Source: an uncultured Oscillospiraceae bacterium
GTDB taxonomy: Bacteria > Bacillota > Clostridia > Oscillospirales > Oscillospiraceae
Length of the DNA stretch: 64,000 nt
Assembly: GCA_910588455.1 (NCBI GenBank)
Contig: CAJUPG010000001.1
Location: 1,592 to 65,591 of the forward strand
Reading direction: 5' to 3'
Shown: positions 38,095 through 49,713 of the stretch, in pieces
How positions within the stretch are numbered: the first letter of the stretch is position 1
How the letters are laid out: the number at the start of each line of letters is the position of its first letter
Translations under genes and position numbers: made by a program
Notes under the pieces: generated by a model
Told to the model about the DNA's origin: nothing
Databases searched by the model: none
What the model saw: the letters and a program-made list of their open reading frames with translations, nothing else

Positions 38095-39067
38095 TGTAAT
38101 CGAAACGCTCTGCCGGGCCTATGGTCCCTCCGGCGATGAGGCAGAGGTAAGGGCCGTTATTGAGAACTTGGCGAGACCCTTTGCAGACGACATTTTTACT
38201 GACACCTTGGGAAATCTAATTGTGCACAAGCGGGGAGAGGGCCAAAAGATTTTGTTTACCGCCCATATGGACAGTATTGGCTTTATTGTAACCCACATTG
38301 AGGAGCAGGGCTATCTGCGCTGTGGCCGTCTGGGAGGAATTTCGCCCAAGGAGACCGTCTTTACGCCGGTTCGGTTTAAAAACGGTGTGCGGGGTATCTT
38401 TCTAAAAGAGGAAAAGGCCGAGTTTGAAAAACTGAAGCTGGATGAATGCTTTTTTGACATTGGTGTAAAAAGCAGGGAAGAGGCGGCGGCAATGGTCCAG
38501 GTAGGGGATACCGCTGTATATGATGGCCCCACATTTTGTAGTCGTAGTAAAGTGATTTCACCTTACCTGGATAATCGGGTCTCCTGTGCCGTTTTGCTGT
38601 TGGCCCTGGAGAAATTGGAGCAAAGTATGTATGATCTCTACTTTGCTTTTACAGTTCAGGAGGAGGTGGGGCTTCGCGGCGCAAAGACTGCCGCCTATGG
38701 GATTGCCCCGGAATGGGGTATTTCAGTGGATGTGACAGATACAGATGACACTCCTGGCTCTGAAAAATCTGGAACGGTCCAGTTGGGGAAGGGCGCGGCA
38801 ATTAAGATTATGGACCGTTCCATAATTTGTCATCCCGAGGTGGTTCAGAGACTGGAGCAGGCGGCAAAGGCGACAGGGATTTCGTTCCAGCGGGAGATCA
38901 TGCGCGATGGCGGAACGGACGCGGGTGCAGTCCACACGACGCAACTGGGCGTGCGTACGGGCGGCATTTCAATTCCATGCCGGTATATCCACACACCGGT
39001 GGAAACGGTGGATTTAAAGGATGTGGATGCCTGCGTGAACCTTATACTGGAATTCGTGAAAATGTGA
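38081..39067 (+). CDS. M42 aminopeptidase 3
   Basis: AHMDSIG, LDNR, QEEVG, SVDV, GGTDAG, RYIH. Confidence 0.9.
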   Translation: MELYSVIETLCRAYGPSGDEAEVRAVIENLARPFADDIFTDTLGNLIVHKRGEGQKILFTAHMDSIGFIVTHIEEQGYLRCGRLGGISPKETVFTPVRFKNGVRGIFLKEEKAEFEKLKLDECFFDIGVKSREEAAAMVQVGDTAVYDGPTFCSRSKVISPYLDNRVSCAVLLLALEKLEQSMYDLYFAFTVQEEVGLRGAKTAAYGIAPEWGISVDVTDTDDTPGSEKSGTVQLGKGAAIKIMDRSIICHPEVVQRLEQAAKATGISFQREIMRDGGTDAGAVHTTQLGVRTGGISIPCRYIHTPVETVDLKDVDACVNLILEFVKM

Positions 39068-39074
39068 CTCCAGA

Positions 39075-39130
39075 CAAAAAAACATTCCTCCCTTGTTCCG
39101 CATAAGCTGAAACAGGGGAGGGATTTTTTT
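39075..39130 (+). terminator. Terminator of murD-M42 operon, overlapping a sigK-like promoter and the RBS of the next gene
   Basis: TTCCTCCCTTGTT...AACAGGGGAGGGA-TTTTTTT; ACA-16-CATAAGCT lies inside. Confidence 0.6.
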
Positions 39131-39625
39131 ATGCTCATTCCATATGACAGAGACAAAGCGGTACACTATGCGCACCAGTGGGCGCTGGGACGCAATCCAC
39201 AATATTATAGCTACGACTTTATTGGGGGAGACTGCACCAATTTTGCATCTCAGTGTCTTTATGCCGGATCCGGAATTATGAACAATACCCCCACATTCGG
39301 CTGGTACTACCGTTCTGGAGATGACAAGAGCCCAGCTTGGACAGGGGTATTTTATCTGTTCCAATTTCTTACAAGAAAACAGGATACTTCCGGTCCGGTG
39401 GCCCAGGTGGTGGGGCCAGAGGCGCTCCAGCCTGGAGATTTGGTCCGCCTGCGCTTTGCCCAAGGAACGCAGGGCCATATGCCTGTGGTAGTAAAGGTAG
39501 GGAAGAAACGGGGCTTGGACCACATTCTGGTAGCCGCCCATACCGATGATGCGGACTACCGGCCGTTAAGCAGTTATCCTTTCCACCAACTCTGGGGACT
39601 GCATATTTTAGGCAGTTATCCTTAA
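39131..39625 (+). CDS. Amidase_6-like (NlpC/P60-type cysteine) domain protein
   Basis: YDRDKAVHYAHQWA, GGDCTNFASQCL, PGDLV, AAHT. Confidence 0.8.
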   Translation: MLIPYDRDKAVHYAHQWALGRNPQYYSYDFIGGDCTNFASQCLYAGSGIMNNTPTFGWYYRSGDDKSPAWTGVFYLFQFLTRKQDTSGPVAQVVGPEALQPGDLVRLRFAQGTQGHMPVVVKVGKKRGLDHILVAAHTDDADYRPLSSYPFHQLWGLHILGSYP

Positions 39626-39981
39626 TGCCGACGGCCGTCCCCGTCAAAAACCGTTCTCAGCAGGGTATCGACGAAAAAGGCGGAGAGACACAAAAATGCC
39701 ATCTGACCGGCCAGGACCCACAAGAGCAGGGTAAAGCTCTCCTTGACCCAAAAGTGGACCAAAAGTACGGTAATCAGGCTTAACAGAACGCCCAAACGGA
39801 TCCAGAGTTTGCTGATGTGCGTATGGGCGAAATCCCAGGTCTCCTGGCTCCGCTCCGACAAAGCGGTCCGGTAGGCAAGGCCGGAGCCCTCCCGGAGGGG
39901 GGGCTTTATCTTCCAAAAAATGCCGACAGCCAGCAGCGACAGGGGAGTGAGGAGGCCAGCCACTAAATTTACATAATACAT
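39622..39981 (-). CDS. SdpI/YhfL-like small membrane protein
   Basis: YRTALSERSQETWDFAH motif between TM helices. Confidence 0.65.
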   Translation of the reverse strand: MYYVNLVAGLLTPLSLLAVGIFWKIKPPLREGSGLAYRTALSERSQETWDFAHTHISKLWIRLGVLLSLITVLLVHFWVKESFTLLLWVLAGQMAFLCLSAFFVDTLLRTVFDGDGRRH

Positions 39982-39986
39982 ATTCG

Positions 39987-40367
39987 TTATTCACCCGCAA
40001 TCTCTCGCTGAAGCTTTTTGGTTAACTTTCCAAATACCAGGTTATAGGACAGGTCAATCATGGATTTCAGTACCTCGTCGGGTATTTTTCCGTCCAGATA
40101 GATGGAATTCCAGTGGCGTTTGTCACTGTAAAAGCCTGGAACCACCTCTGGGTACTGTGCCCGGAAGCCCTCCGCCATCGTCGGATCACACTTCAAAATG
40201 ACCATAGTCCGCCCCGCGTGCTCCTTGTGCTCCGGTCCCGGCGTGCACAGGGCGGCAAACAGCTTGCCGCCGACCTGCCAGCGGTCCCACTTCCATTCCA
40301 TTTTATAGTCCCGAATTGCACCGGGTTTTTGGGACAAATGCTTCTCCAGCCATGGATATGCGTTCAT
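39987..40367 (-). CDS. MmcQ/YjbR-family protein
   Basis: VGGKLFA, LKCDP, PGFYSDKRHWNSI, MIDLSYNLV. Confidence 0.88.
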   Translation of the reverse strand: MNAYPWLEKHLSQKPGAIRDYKMEWKWDRWQVGGKLFAALCTPGPEHKEHAGRTMVILKCDPTMAEGFRAQYPEVVPGFYSDKRHWNSIYLDGKIPDEVLKSMIDLSYNLVFGKLTKKLQREIAGE

Positions 40368-40369
40368 TT

Positions 40370-41395
40370 CTATTCCTCCTGTTCTTTTTTCGGACGGCCC
40401 CGCTTTTTGACAGCCCCCAAGGGATTGGCTTTTGCGGCATCCTGTAAATTTTCGTTGCTGATGTGGGTATAAATCTGGGTGGTGTTCAGATGGTCATGGC
40501 CCAGTACCTCCTGCAAGGTACGCACATCCACGCCGTTTTGCAGCATCAAAGTAGCGGCTGTATGGCGCAGCTTGTGGGAGGAATATTGAGTGGTGTCCAG
40601 TCCGGCGGCGGACAGGTGCTTTTTCACCAGCTTATGGACCGCCGCCTTGGAAATCCGCTTGCGGTTCTGAGGGGTGACAAACAGAGCATTTTTGTCCAGA
40701 AGCGTCATGGCGCTGCGCTCAGTCATCCAGTCACTTAGGGCGGATTGGCAGGCGTCATTTAAGTAGAGCATCCGTTCTTTATTACCCTTGCCCAGAACGC
40801 GCAGCTGATCGCCTCGAACATCCGTTGTGTTTAATCCTACAAGCTCTGAAATCCGCAGTCCGCAGTTAAGAAAGAGCGTTAAAATACAGTAATCCCGGCT
40901 CTGATTTTTGCCGTCCACCGAGTCCAGCAGTTCCAGACTTTCTTCCAGATCCAGGTAGTGGGGCAGAGATTTCCGTAGACGGGGAGAATCCAGGTCCTGC
41001 ATAGGATTTTCGGTAATCAGTTTGGCCTTGTTGGCCAGATACTTATAAAAAGAGCGAATGGTGGCAATTTTCCGAGCCCGGGACGAGGCCGCCAGACCGT
41101 AGCCGGTGTCGGGGCTGTTGGGCCGGTTGGCCCGGTCCCGGGTCAGATAGCTCATATAGGCGTACACATCGGTGATGGTCACAGAGCGGACCAGATCCAA
41201 ATCCACGTCCGCAATAGACACCTGGTCCAGTGGTGTATCTGCCGGAACCAGACGGCGCTCCAGCTTCAAATAGCGGAAAAAACTGCGCAGGTCCAGAAAG
41301 TATTCATCCACAGTTTTCTTTGAGTGCGCCTGAATGGTTTCGTGATAAACCAGGAAGTCACGCAGGATGGGCGGCGCCTCAGTACGGTAATCCAA
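40370..41395 (-). CDS. xerC: Xer-type tyrosine recombinase
   Basis: Catalytic set GLRISE (R), GKGNK (K), HKLRH (HxxR), LGH, TQIY (Y); TTG start after AGAGGAGG; about 341 aa. Confidence 0.9.
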   Translation of the reverse strand: MDYRTEAPPILRDFLVYHETIQAHSKKTVDEYFLDLRSFFRYLKLERRLVPADTPLDQVSIADVDLDLVRSVTITDVYAYMSYLTRDRANRPNSPDTGYGLAASSRARKIATIRSFYKYLANKAKLITENPMQDLDSPRLRKSLPHYLDLEESLELLDSVDGKNQSRDYCILTLFLNCGLRISELVGLNTTDVRGDQLRVLGKGNKERMLYLNDACQSALSDWMTERSAMTLLDKNALFVTPQNRKRISKAAVHKLVKKHLSAAGLDTTQYSSHKLRHTAATLMLQNGVDVRTLQEVLGHDHLNTTQIYTHISNENLQDAAKANPLGAVKKRGRPKKEQEE

Positions 41396-41410
41396 GGTTT
41401 TCCCTCCTCT

Positions 41411-41442
41411 CAGGTAAACAAAATTTTTATTTTGTTTACCTG
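41411..41442. other. Perfect 14-bp inverted repeat, candidate dif-like recombination or operator site
   Basis: CAGGTAAACAAAAT-TTTT-ATTTTGTTTACCTG between the xer promoter and RBS. Confidence 0.55.
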
Positions 41443-41469
41443 CTTGTACCATTCTTTTTATTGTCCCCT

Positions 41470-41498
41470 ATTGTATCACTTCCGGCGGTATTGGGCAA
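41470..41498 (-). promoter_or_regulatory. SigA promoter of xer operon
   Basis: TTGCCC-17-TACAAT with extended TG. Confidence 0.65.
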
Positions 41499-41615
41499 GC
41501 AGTGATTTGTACTTGGGGTTGAGTTGTGTGCCGCGGTGCCGCAATTCCTCCAGAAACTTTTCCGTTCCATAGCACTCCAGGTAGGTATACGCCAGAAAAT
41601 ATTGTTTACCAACGC

Positions 41616-41646
41616 AAAAACCCCTCGGCATATGCCGGGGGCTTTT
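41616..41646 (-). terminator. Terminator downstream of XRE-membrane gene
   Basis: AAAAACCCCTCGGCA-TA-TGCCGGGGGCTTTT (plus-strand reading). Confidence 0.75.
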
Positions 41647-41701
41647 ACAATCCTTGATCTGTTTTAGAACAGGTTTAGAAAAATTCGTTTCTGCAACATT
41701 T

Positions 41702-42325
41702 CTACATTTTCCCTCTCCAGCCCAAACCATAATGCAGCCATAATATCTTCACACTTTGCAGTAAAAAAGGAACCATTGCCAGCTGGCTGATCAGAAGCCC
41801 ATAGCCGTAAGGCACCCAATCCAGCGCTTTAGGCAGAATACAGATAATCGCCAAACAAATCATGTCCGGAACCAGCAAAACCCGGGCCGGTTTTGTAGTT
41901 GTGGTGTAATAATCCCAGTTCAGACGGAACAAAATTCCACAGCTAAGCAGAGCCATCCCCCCTAAAATGACCCAGTTTATTTCGATCTCCTGCCGTAAGT
42001 TTGAATGTACGATGGCAGGAATCCCCAGAGCAAAGCATCGGGCAAAAAATCCCGCTCCTGCCATCATTTGCCTTTCCTTCAAGCTCTTTTCTGCGGACTG
42101 TACCGCCGGTGTATCATTCTCACTGTCGCAGTCGTCCCGCAACAAATAGTCTGTGGAGACCCCAAACATCCGGCTGATTGCCAGTACATTGGCGGTGTCC
42201 GGCACCACCTCCTCCAGCTCCCAGCGGGAGATCGCCTGCCGTGAGACATTCAGCTCCGAAGCCAGCGCCTCTTGACTCAGCTTACGCTCTTTTCGCAGCC
42301 GGTACAGCTTTTCTCCAAATGTCAT
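41702..42325 (-). CDS. XRE-family HTH regulator with C-terminal membrane domain
   Basis: MTFGEKLYRLRK...SQEALASELNVSRQAISRWE...FGVSTDYLL; hydrophobic C-terminus. Confidence 0.88.
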   Translation of the reverse strand: MTFGEKLYRLRKERKLSQEALASELNVSRQAISRWELEEVVPDTANVLAISRMFGVSTDYLLRDDCDSENDTPAVQSAEKSLKERQMMAGAGFFARCFALGIPAIVHSNLRQEIEINWVILGGMALLSCGILFRLNWDYYTTTTKPARVLLVPDMICLAIICILPKALDWVPYGYGLLISQLAMVPFLLQSVKILWLHYGLGWRGKM

Positions 42326-42424
42326 AGTGCAGCCCTCCTTTCATAGCTCCAGTGTATCAAACAAGAGGAAATCTGTCTGCAACATCTGAGCGGAACCGCC
42401 GCAACCAGAAGTGGAACTTCCTTT

Positions 42425-43555
42425 TTACACCGTAATCAGCTCATATTCCCGGCTTCCCAGCCCGATTTTCTCCGCGTGCTCCAGACAGGAGCGCCACTCA
42501 GATTCCGGGGTGGAGTTGGTGAAATGGTCGTGATGGTCATGGAAATTGGGGTCCTCCAGGTGCCGGGCCAGTTGGCTTCCAGGCAGAGGAGAAGCTTTCA
42601 GGCAGGCATCCACACAGGCCTGATCCAATGCCAGAGGGTCGAACGAGGCAAACATACCCAGGTTTGGCAGGATCGGCACATCGTTCTCCCCGTGGCAGTC
42701 GCAGTTGGGGGACACATCCACTACCAGGGAGATGTGGAACTGAGGCCGACCATCCACCACCGCTTTGGTGTACTCCGCCATCCGGCGGTTCAGAACCTCC
42801 ACCGCATTGTCGGTAGCAAAGCTGATGGCGTCAAAGTTGCAGGCCCCCAGGCACCGGCCACAGCCCACACAGTTGGCCGGGTCCACCGTCATCTTTTTGG
42901 AGGTCTCATCAAAGGCCAGCCCTCCGTTGGCACACTCCTTCTGGCACTTCCGGCATCCCCGGCAGGCGTTGGCGGAAATCTCAGGCGTTCCACTGCTGTG
43001 CTGCTCGGTTTTGCCCGCCCGGGAGCCGCAGCCCATGCCGATATTTTTGATGGTTCCGCCAAAGCCGGTCATCTCATGGCCCTTGAAGTGGGTCAGACTG
43101 ATAAACACATCCGCATCCATAATGGCACGACCGATTTTCGCCTCTTTCACGTACTCGCCGCCCCGTACCGGGACATTCACGTCATCGGTGCCCTTCAGGC
43201 CGTCGCCGATTAAAATGGGACACCCCACCGTCAAAGGGGTAAATCCGTTCTGCCAGGCGCACTCCAGATGCTCCAGGGCATTTTTCCGGGAGCCGGGGTA
43301 CATGGTGTTGCAGTCCGTCAAGAAGGGCTTGCCTCCCAGCTCCTTCACCAAATCTACCACCGCCCGGGCGTAGTTGGGCCGTAAGTAGCTGATATTCCCC
43401 AATTCCCCAAAGTGGAGCTTGATGGCTGCAAATTTCCCTTCCAGATCTATCTGCTCGATCCCCGCCTTGCGCAGCAGCTTTTGCAGCTTGGCGGGCAGGC
43501 CGTCGCCAAAGGGTACCGTGTGGAAATCGGTGAAATAAACTTTTGATACAGACAT
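42425..43555 (-). CDS. DUF362-family Fe-S protein with 2[4Fe-4S] domain
   Basis: IKLHFGELGN, TDCNT, HFKGH, CRGCRKC, CVGCGRC, PNCDC. Confidence 0.85.
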   Translation of the reverse strand: MSVSKVYFTDFHTVPFGDGLPAKLQKLLRKAGIEQIDLEGKFAAIKLHFGELGNISYLRPNYARAVVDLVKELGGKPFLTDCNTMYPGSRKNALEHLECAWQNGFTPLTVGCPILIGDGLKGTDDVNVPVRGGEYVKEAKIGRAIMDADVFISLTHFKGHEMTGFGGTIKNIGMGCGSRAGKTEQHSSGTPEISANACRGCRKCQKECANGGLAFDETSKKMTVDPANCVGCGRCLGACNFDAISFATDNAVEVLNRRMAEYTKAVVDGRPQFHISLVVDVSPNCDCHGENDVPILPNLGMFASFDPLALDQACVDACLKASPLPGSQLARHLEDPNFHDHHDHFTNSTPESEWRSCLEHAEKIGLGSREYELITV

Positions 43556-43557
43556 AT

Positions 43558-44505
43558 TTAACTCTCCTTTTGTTGTTTTCTTGTTTCCAGAATTCCAGGC
43601 AGCGTGGATACCAGTGCGCCAATTAAAATACACACAATTCCCACTACCATATTAACGGGAATAAGCTCCCCATGGACCAGCCAGGCCAAAAACGGGGCCA
43701 GGGCAGGTTTGAAGAAATAGACCAGGGACGCTTCGCTGGCGCTTAGATACTCCATCGCCAAAAAGTAGGCGCAGAAGCCCACACCGGCCACTCCCAGGGA
43801 CACATAGAGCACACAGGGCAGATTGGACAGCGTGAGCCCGGCGAACATGGGGATGTTCGCAAAGGACCCAAGCCCCACCCGGGTCAGCAGCGCCGCTGCG
43901 GCCGGGATACGCGTAAGCAGAATAATCAGCAATAAAAAGACGCTGCCGAACAAAAAGCCAAAGCACGTAACCACCACGCCGCCGAATCGTGCGCATTTAC
44001 GCTTTCCCATCACACCGTAGAGGGAAAATAAGAAAGTGGCGGCAAGAATCAGGGCCAGCCCTGTAGAGTCAATTTTTGTATGGAATGGATTGATAATAAT
44101 CAGACTGCCCAATAGCTGCAGAACAAGCGCTCCCACATGATTTTTCCGCATAGGCTCCCCCAGCATGAACACGGCCAGCACCGCTGTAAAAATCGGATTG
44201 CAGCTGTAGAGCACACTAACGGTTGACGCACCGGCGTAAAACACAGCCAGCTGATACATGGGCATGGACACGGTAACCCCCACAAACCCCAACAGTGCCA
44301 GATAGGCCAGGTCCTTTCGCTCCAAATGCTCTCCCCGCTTCTTCAGGGTGTTCAGCGCCATTGGAAGCAGGAAAATCCCCCCCAGGGTAAAGCGGATCAG
44401 GGACAACTGAATCACATTGAGCTCTCCCACAATGAACTTCAGCATCACCTCCATGGAGCTGAACATCAGTGTGGCGACCACAACACAAATAAATCCTTTT
44501 TTCAT
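43558..44505 (-). CDS. EamA/DMT-family transporter
   Basis: About 10 TM helices in two repeats; NPIFTAVLAVFMLGE and PFLAWLVHGE. Confidence 0.85.
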   Translation of the reverse strand: MKKGFICVVVATLMFSSMEVMLKFIVGELNVIQLSLIRFTLGGIFLLPMALNTLKKRGEHLERKDLAYLALLGFVGVTVSMPMYQLAVFYAGASTVSVLYSCNPIFTAVLAVFMLGEPMRKNHVGALVLQLLGSLIIINPFHTKIDSTGLALILAATFLFSLYGVMGKRKCARFGGVVVTCFGFLFGSVFLLLIILLTRIPAAAALLTRVGLGSFANIPMFAGLTLSNLPCVLYVSLGVAGVGFCAYFLAMEYLSASEASLVYFFKPALAPFLAWLVHGELIPVNMVVGIVCILIGALVSTLPGILETRKQQKES

Positions 44506-44530
44506 TTCTCTCTCCCCTGCCTGCGGCAGT

Positions 44531-47084
<2,554 letters not shown>

Positions 47085-47776
47085 ATGGGCTCTCTCTTTC
47101 GTTAAGATGTAAATAGGTATCAGGCACCTGGCCCACAATGACAGTTTCCGCCACGCACAGCCGGGTCTCCACTGTAGTTTCCACCTGTCCCCCAGGGAGA
47201 ATCAGAGTAAGGGGGACATGGATTTCCAGAAAAATGCTGTGCCGGGTCTGGTTGATGCCCGCTTGGGCAAACTGGCTGGAAAATTCGGCGGACACTGTCC
47301 CTACCCGCATAGCGTGAACTCCGAGCGACGGGCCCCGGCCCCACAATACATCCAAATCAATCAGACTGCCCAAAGGAATCTGAATTTGGGATACGTCGAT
47401 TTCCTCCAAAACCTCCAGCAGACGGGCGGTCAACTGGCTTCGAAACAGGTTCATCTGGGCCATGTTGGTGGTCAGGGCACGAATGGCCCCGTCCTCTCCC
47501 CGCTGGATGGTGACAAAATCGCTGTAATCAATTTGCCGGCGGGTCAAATCCTCAAAAATTTCCTGCTCCACCGCCTGGGAAATCACATTTTGAGCCTGGG
47601 TCCGGGCCACCGTCTCCACAATGGGGCGCAGCCGGCGCTCCAGCAGGGCAATGATCAGCAGGGCAAGCCCAATTCCCACAAGAAGCGAAACCACCCAGGG
47701 GTCCAGCTCTCGAAACCGCCGTCTGCGCATTTTCCCACCCCCTATATAGGGTAAGATATTCCCCGCAGAGGTTGGA

Positions 47777-49021
47777 CTATTCCCCCAGCAGCTCCTGCAC
47801 CGCCAGCAGCACCCCCAGCCGGCCTGACTCGTAGGTCAATCCCCCCTGGAGGTAGACGGTATAGGGCTCCCGCATGGGCGCATCGGCGGACAGTTCAATG
47901 GAAGCCCCTTGAATAAAGGCCCCCGCAGCCATTATTACTTTACAGTCATAGCCAGGCATATCCCAGGGCTCCGGGGTGACGTAGGAGTCCACCGGCGCCC
48001 CCATCTGGATACCCTTGCAGAACTTTTGTAGGGCCTCCGGCCCGCGCATATGGATCATTTGAATGATGTCATGGCGGATCTCCTGAGAAGCAGGCTGGGT
48101 TTCATAGCCCAGCAGCTCCATCACCCGGGCGGCGAACACGGCGGTTTTAACGGCCTGGGCCACGGTATGGGGAGCCAGAAACAGACCCTGGTAGAGCAGA
48201 CGATTTTGGCCTAACGTGCTGCCGCACTCTCCCCCGATGCCCGGGGCGGACAGCCGCATGGCGGCCCCCTCCACCAAGTCCCTCCGTCCGGCGATGTAGC
48301 CTCCGGTGGGTGCCAGTCCCCCGCCGGGATTTTTAATCAGGGAACCCACCACCAAATCCGCCCCAACGTGAGTGGGTTCCTGAGTTTCCACAAACTCCCC
48401 ATAGCAGTTGTCCACTAAAATTGCCGCATTGGGGTTGACCGATTTGATCCGGCGGCACATTTCACCAATCTCCGCCACAGAGAGGGAGCTTCGGGTGGAA
48501 TAGCCCCGGGAGCGCTGGATTAAAACCGCCTTGACCTTGGGGTCAGAGACCGCTTGCTCCAGACCATCCAGGTCCGGTTCATTGTCAAGTAATTCCACTT
48601 GACGGTACTGAATTCCGTAGTCCTTCAGGGAACCATGCCCCTTGTCTACTGCTCCAATAACACCCATCAGGGTGTCGTAGGGCGCACCCACGGCGGACAC
48701 CAGCACATCCCCCGCTTTCAGTGCTCCAAACAGGGCGCAGGTGATGGCGTGGGTGCCGTTGACAAACTGCTGGCGGACCAGGGCCGCCTCCGTCCCGAAG
48801 ATCTGGGCGTACATGGTCTCCAGTTTCTCCCGGCCTGTGTCGTCGTAGCCGTAGCCGGTGGTGCCGGCAAAATCTCCGTCGGCGACCCGGCAATCCTGAA
48901 ACGCAGAAAGCACCCGGCGGGTATTCTCCCGGGCAATAGTGTCAATGCGGGCAAACTGCTCCGCCAGTTCGCCCTGGGCCTGGTCCCCCAGGGCCTGTAC
49001 CTTCGGTGAAATTTGAATCAT
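47777..49021 (-). CDS. YnbB/aluminium-resistance-type PLP enzyme (Met_gamma_lyase family)
   Basis: GTTGYGYDD, IQRSRGY, VDNCYGEF, GSLIKNPGGG, IELSADAP. Confidence 0.88.
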   Translation of the reverse strand: MIQISPKVQALGDQAQGELAEQFARIDTIARENTRRVLSAFQDCRVADGDFAGTTGYGYDDTGREKLETMYAQIFGTEAALVRQQFVNGTHAITCALFGALKAGDVLVSAVGAPYDTLMGVIGAVDKGHGSLKDYGIQYRQVELLDNEPDLDGLEQAVSDPKVKAVLIQRSRGYSTRSSLSVAEIGEMCRRIKSVNPNAAILVDNCYGEFVETQEPTHVGADLVVGSLIKNPGGGLAPTGGYIAGRRDLVEGAAMRLSAPGIGGECGSTLGQNRLLYQGLFLAPHTVAQAVKTAVFAARVMELLGYETQPASQEIRHDIIQMIHMRGPEALQKFCKGIQMGAPVDSYVTPEPWDMPGYDCKVIMAAGAFIQGASIELSADAPMREPYTVYLQGGLTYESGRLGVLLAVQELLGE

Positions 49022-49713
49022 ATCTGTTTCCAGGGGCGGGCCTTGTCCTCCCAGCCCCTCTCCTTCCAATAAATAATATCCGCTTCGTTCCACCCTATTT
49101 TGTGGAGCATCCGCACAAGGGCAAAAAAACCTCTTGTCTTGATGCCTGGTTTCACGCGGCCATATTTTTGCTTGATCTTCTGGGCTAATTTTGTGGTTTT
49201 CCGGTGGATTTTTGCTTTTATTTTATCACTGACGCCCTCATAGGAGGTCTCCCGTACTGCCACGCCGTATCGGTAGATTTGGGGCACCCCCCAGAAAAAC
49301 AGGCTGTCCGCCATATCCCGGTTGGTGGTTTTCATTCCCGCACCCGCCGCCGTGGAGATGCACACCCCCTGCTTGTGAAACATCGCCGCCAGGGGCCGGT
49401 GGACCATCCAGCGGTAGCCGTAGTGATCCAGCAGAGCCTTCATGGCTCCGGTGGCGTGGTAGACGTAAACCGGACTGGCTAAAATCAGCACATCTGCCTG
49501 GTCGATGGCCTGGGTGATGGGTTGGAGCTTTTCATAATGCGGGCACAACGTCTCCGACCGCGCAAAGCACTGGGTACAGCCCAGACAGAATTCTCCAAAA
49601 TCCCGGGGCAGGAAAAATTCCGTTACATCCCCTTTCAGCTTTTCCGCCAGCTGATGGGCGATCTGGTAGGTGGACCCCTTGTGGCTCTGACCGTGTAAAA
49701 TGGTAATTTTCAT
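49018..49713 (-). CDS. Flavodoxin-family (iron-sulfur flavoprotein-like) reductase
   Basis: MKITILHG, CLGCTQC, ASPVY, MKALLD. Confidence 0.8.
   Translation of the reverse strand: MKITILHGQSHKGSTYQIAHQLAEKLKGDVTEFFLPRDFGEFCLGCTQCFARSETLCPHYEKLQPITQAIDQADVLILASPVYVYHATGAMKALLDHYGYRWMVHRPLAAMFHKQGVCISTAAGAGMKTTNRDMADSLFFWGVPQIYRYGVAVRETSYEGVSDKIKAKIHRKTTKLAQKIKQKYGRVKPGIKTRGFFALVRMLHKIGWNEADIIYWKERGWEDKARPWKQI

Noticed and set aside
39622..42325. Prophage or ICE around the tyrosine recombinase and XRE gene
   Set aside because: The recombinase looks Xer-like, and there are no phage, excisionase, relaxase or conjugation genes.
42379..42417. Alternating GCAAC/GGAAC pentamers upstream of the XRE gene
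   Set aside because: Too short and irregularly spaced to support an operator or repeat call.
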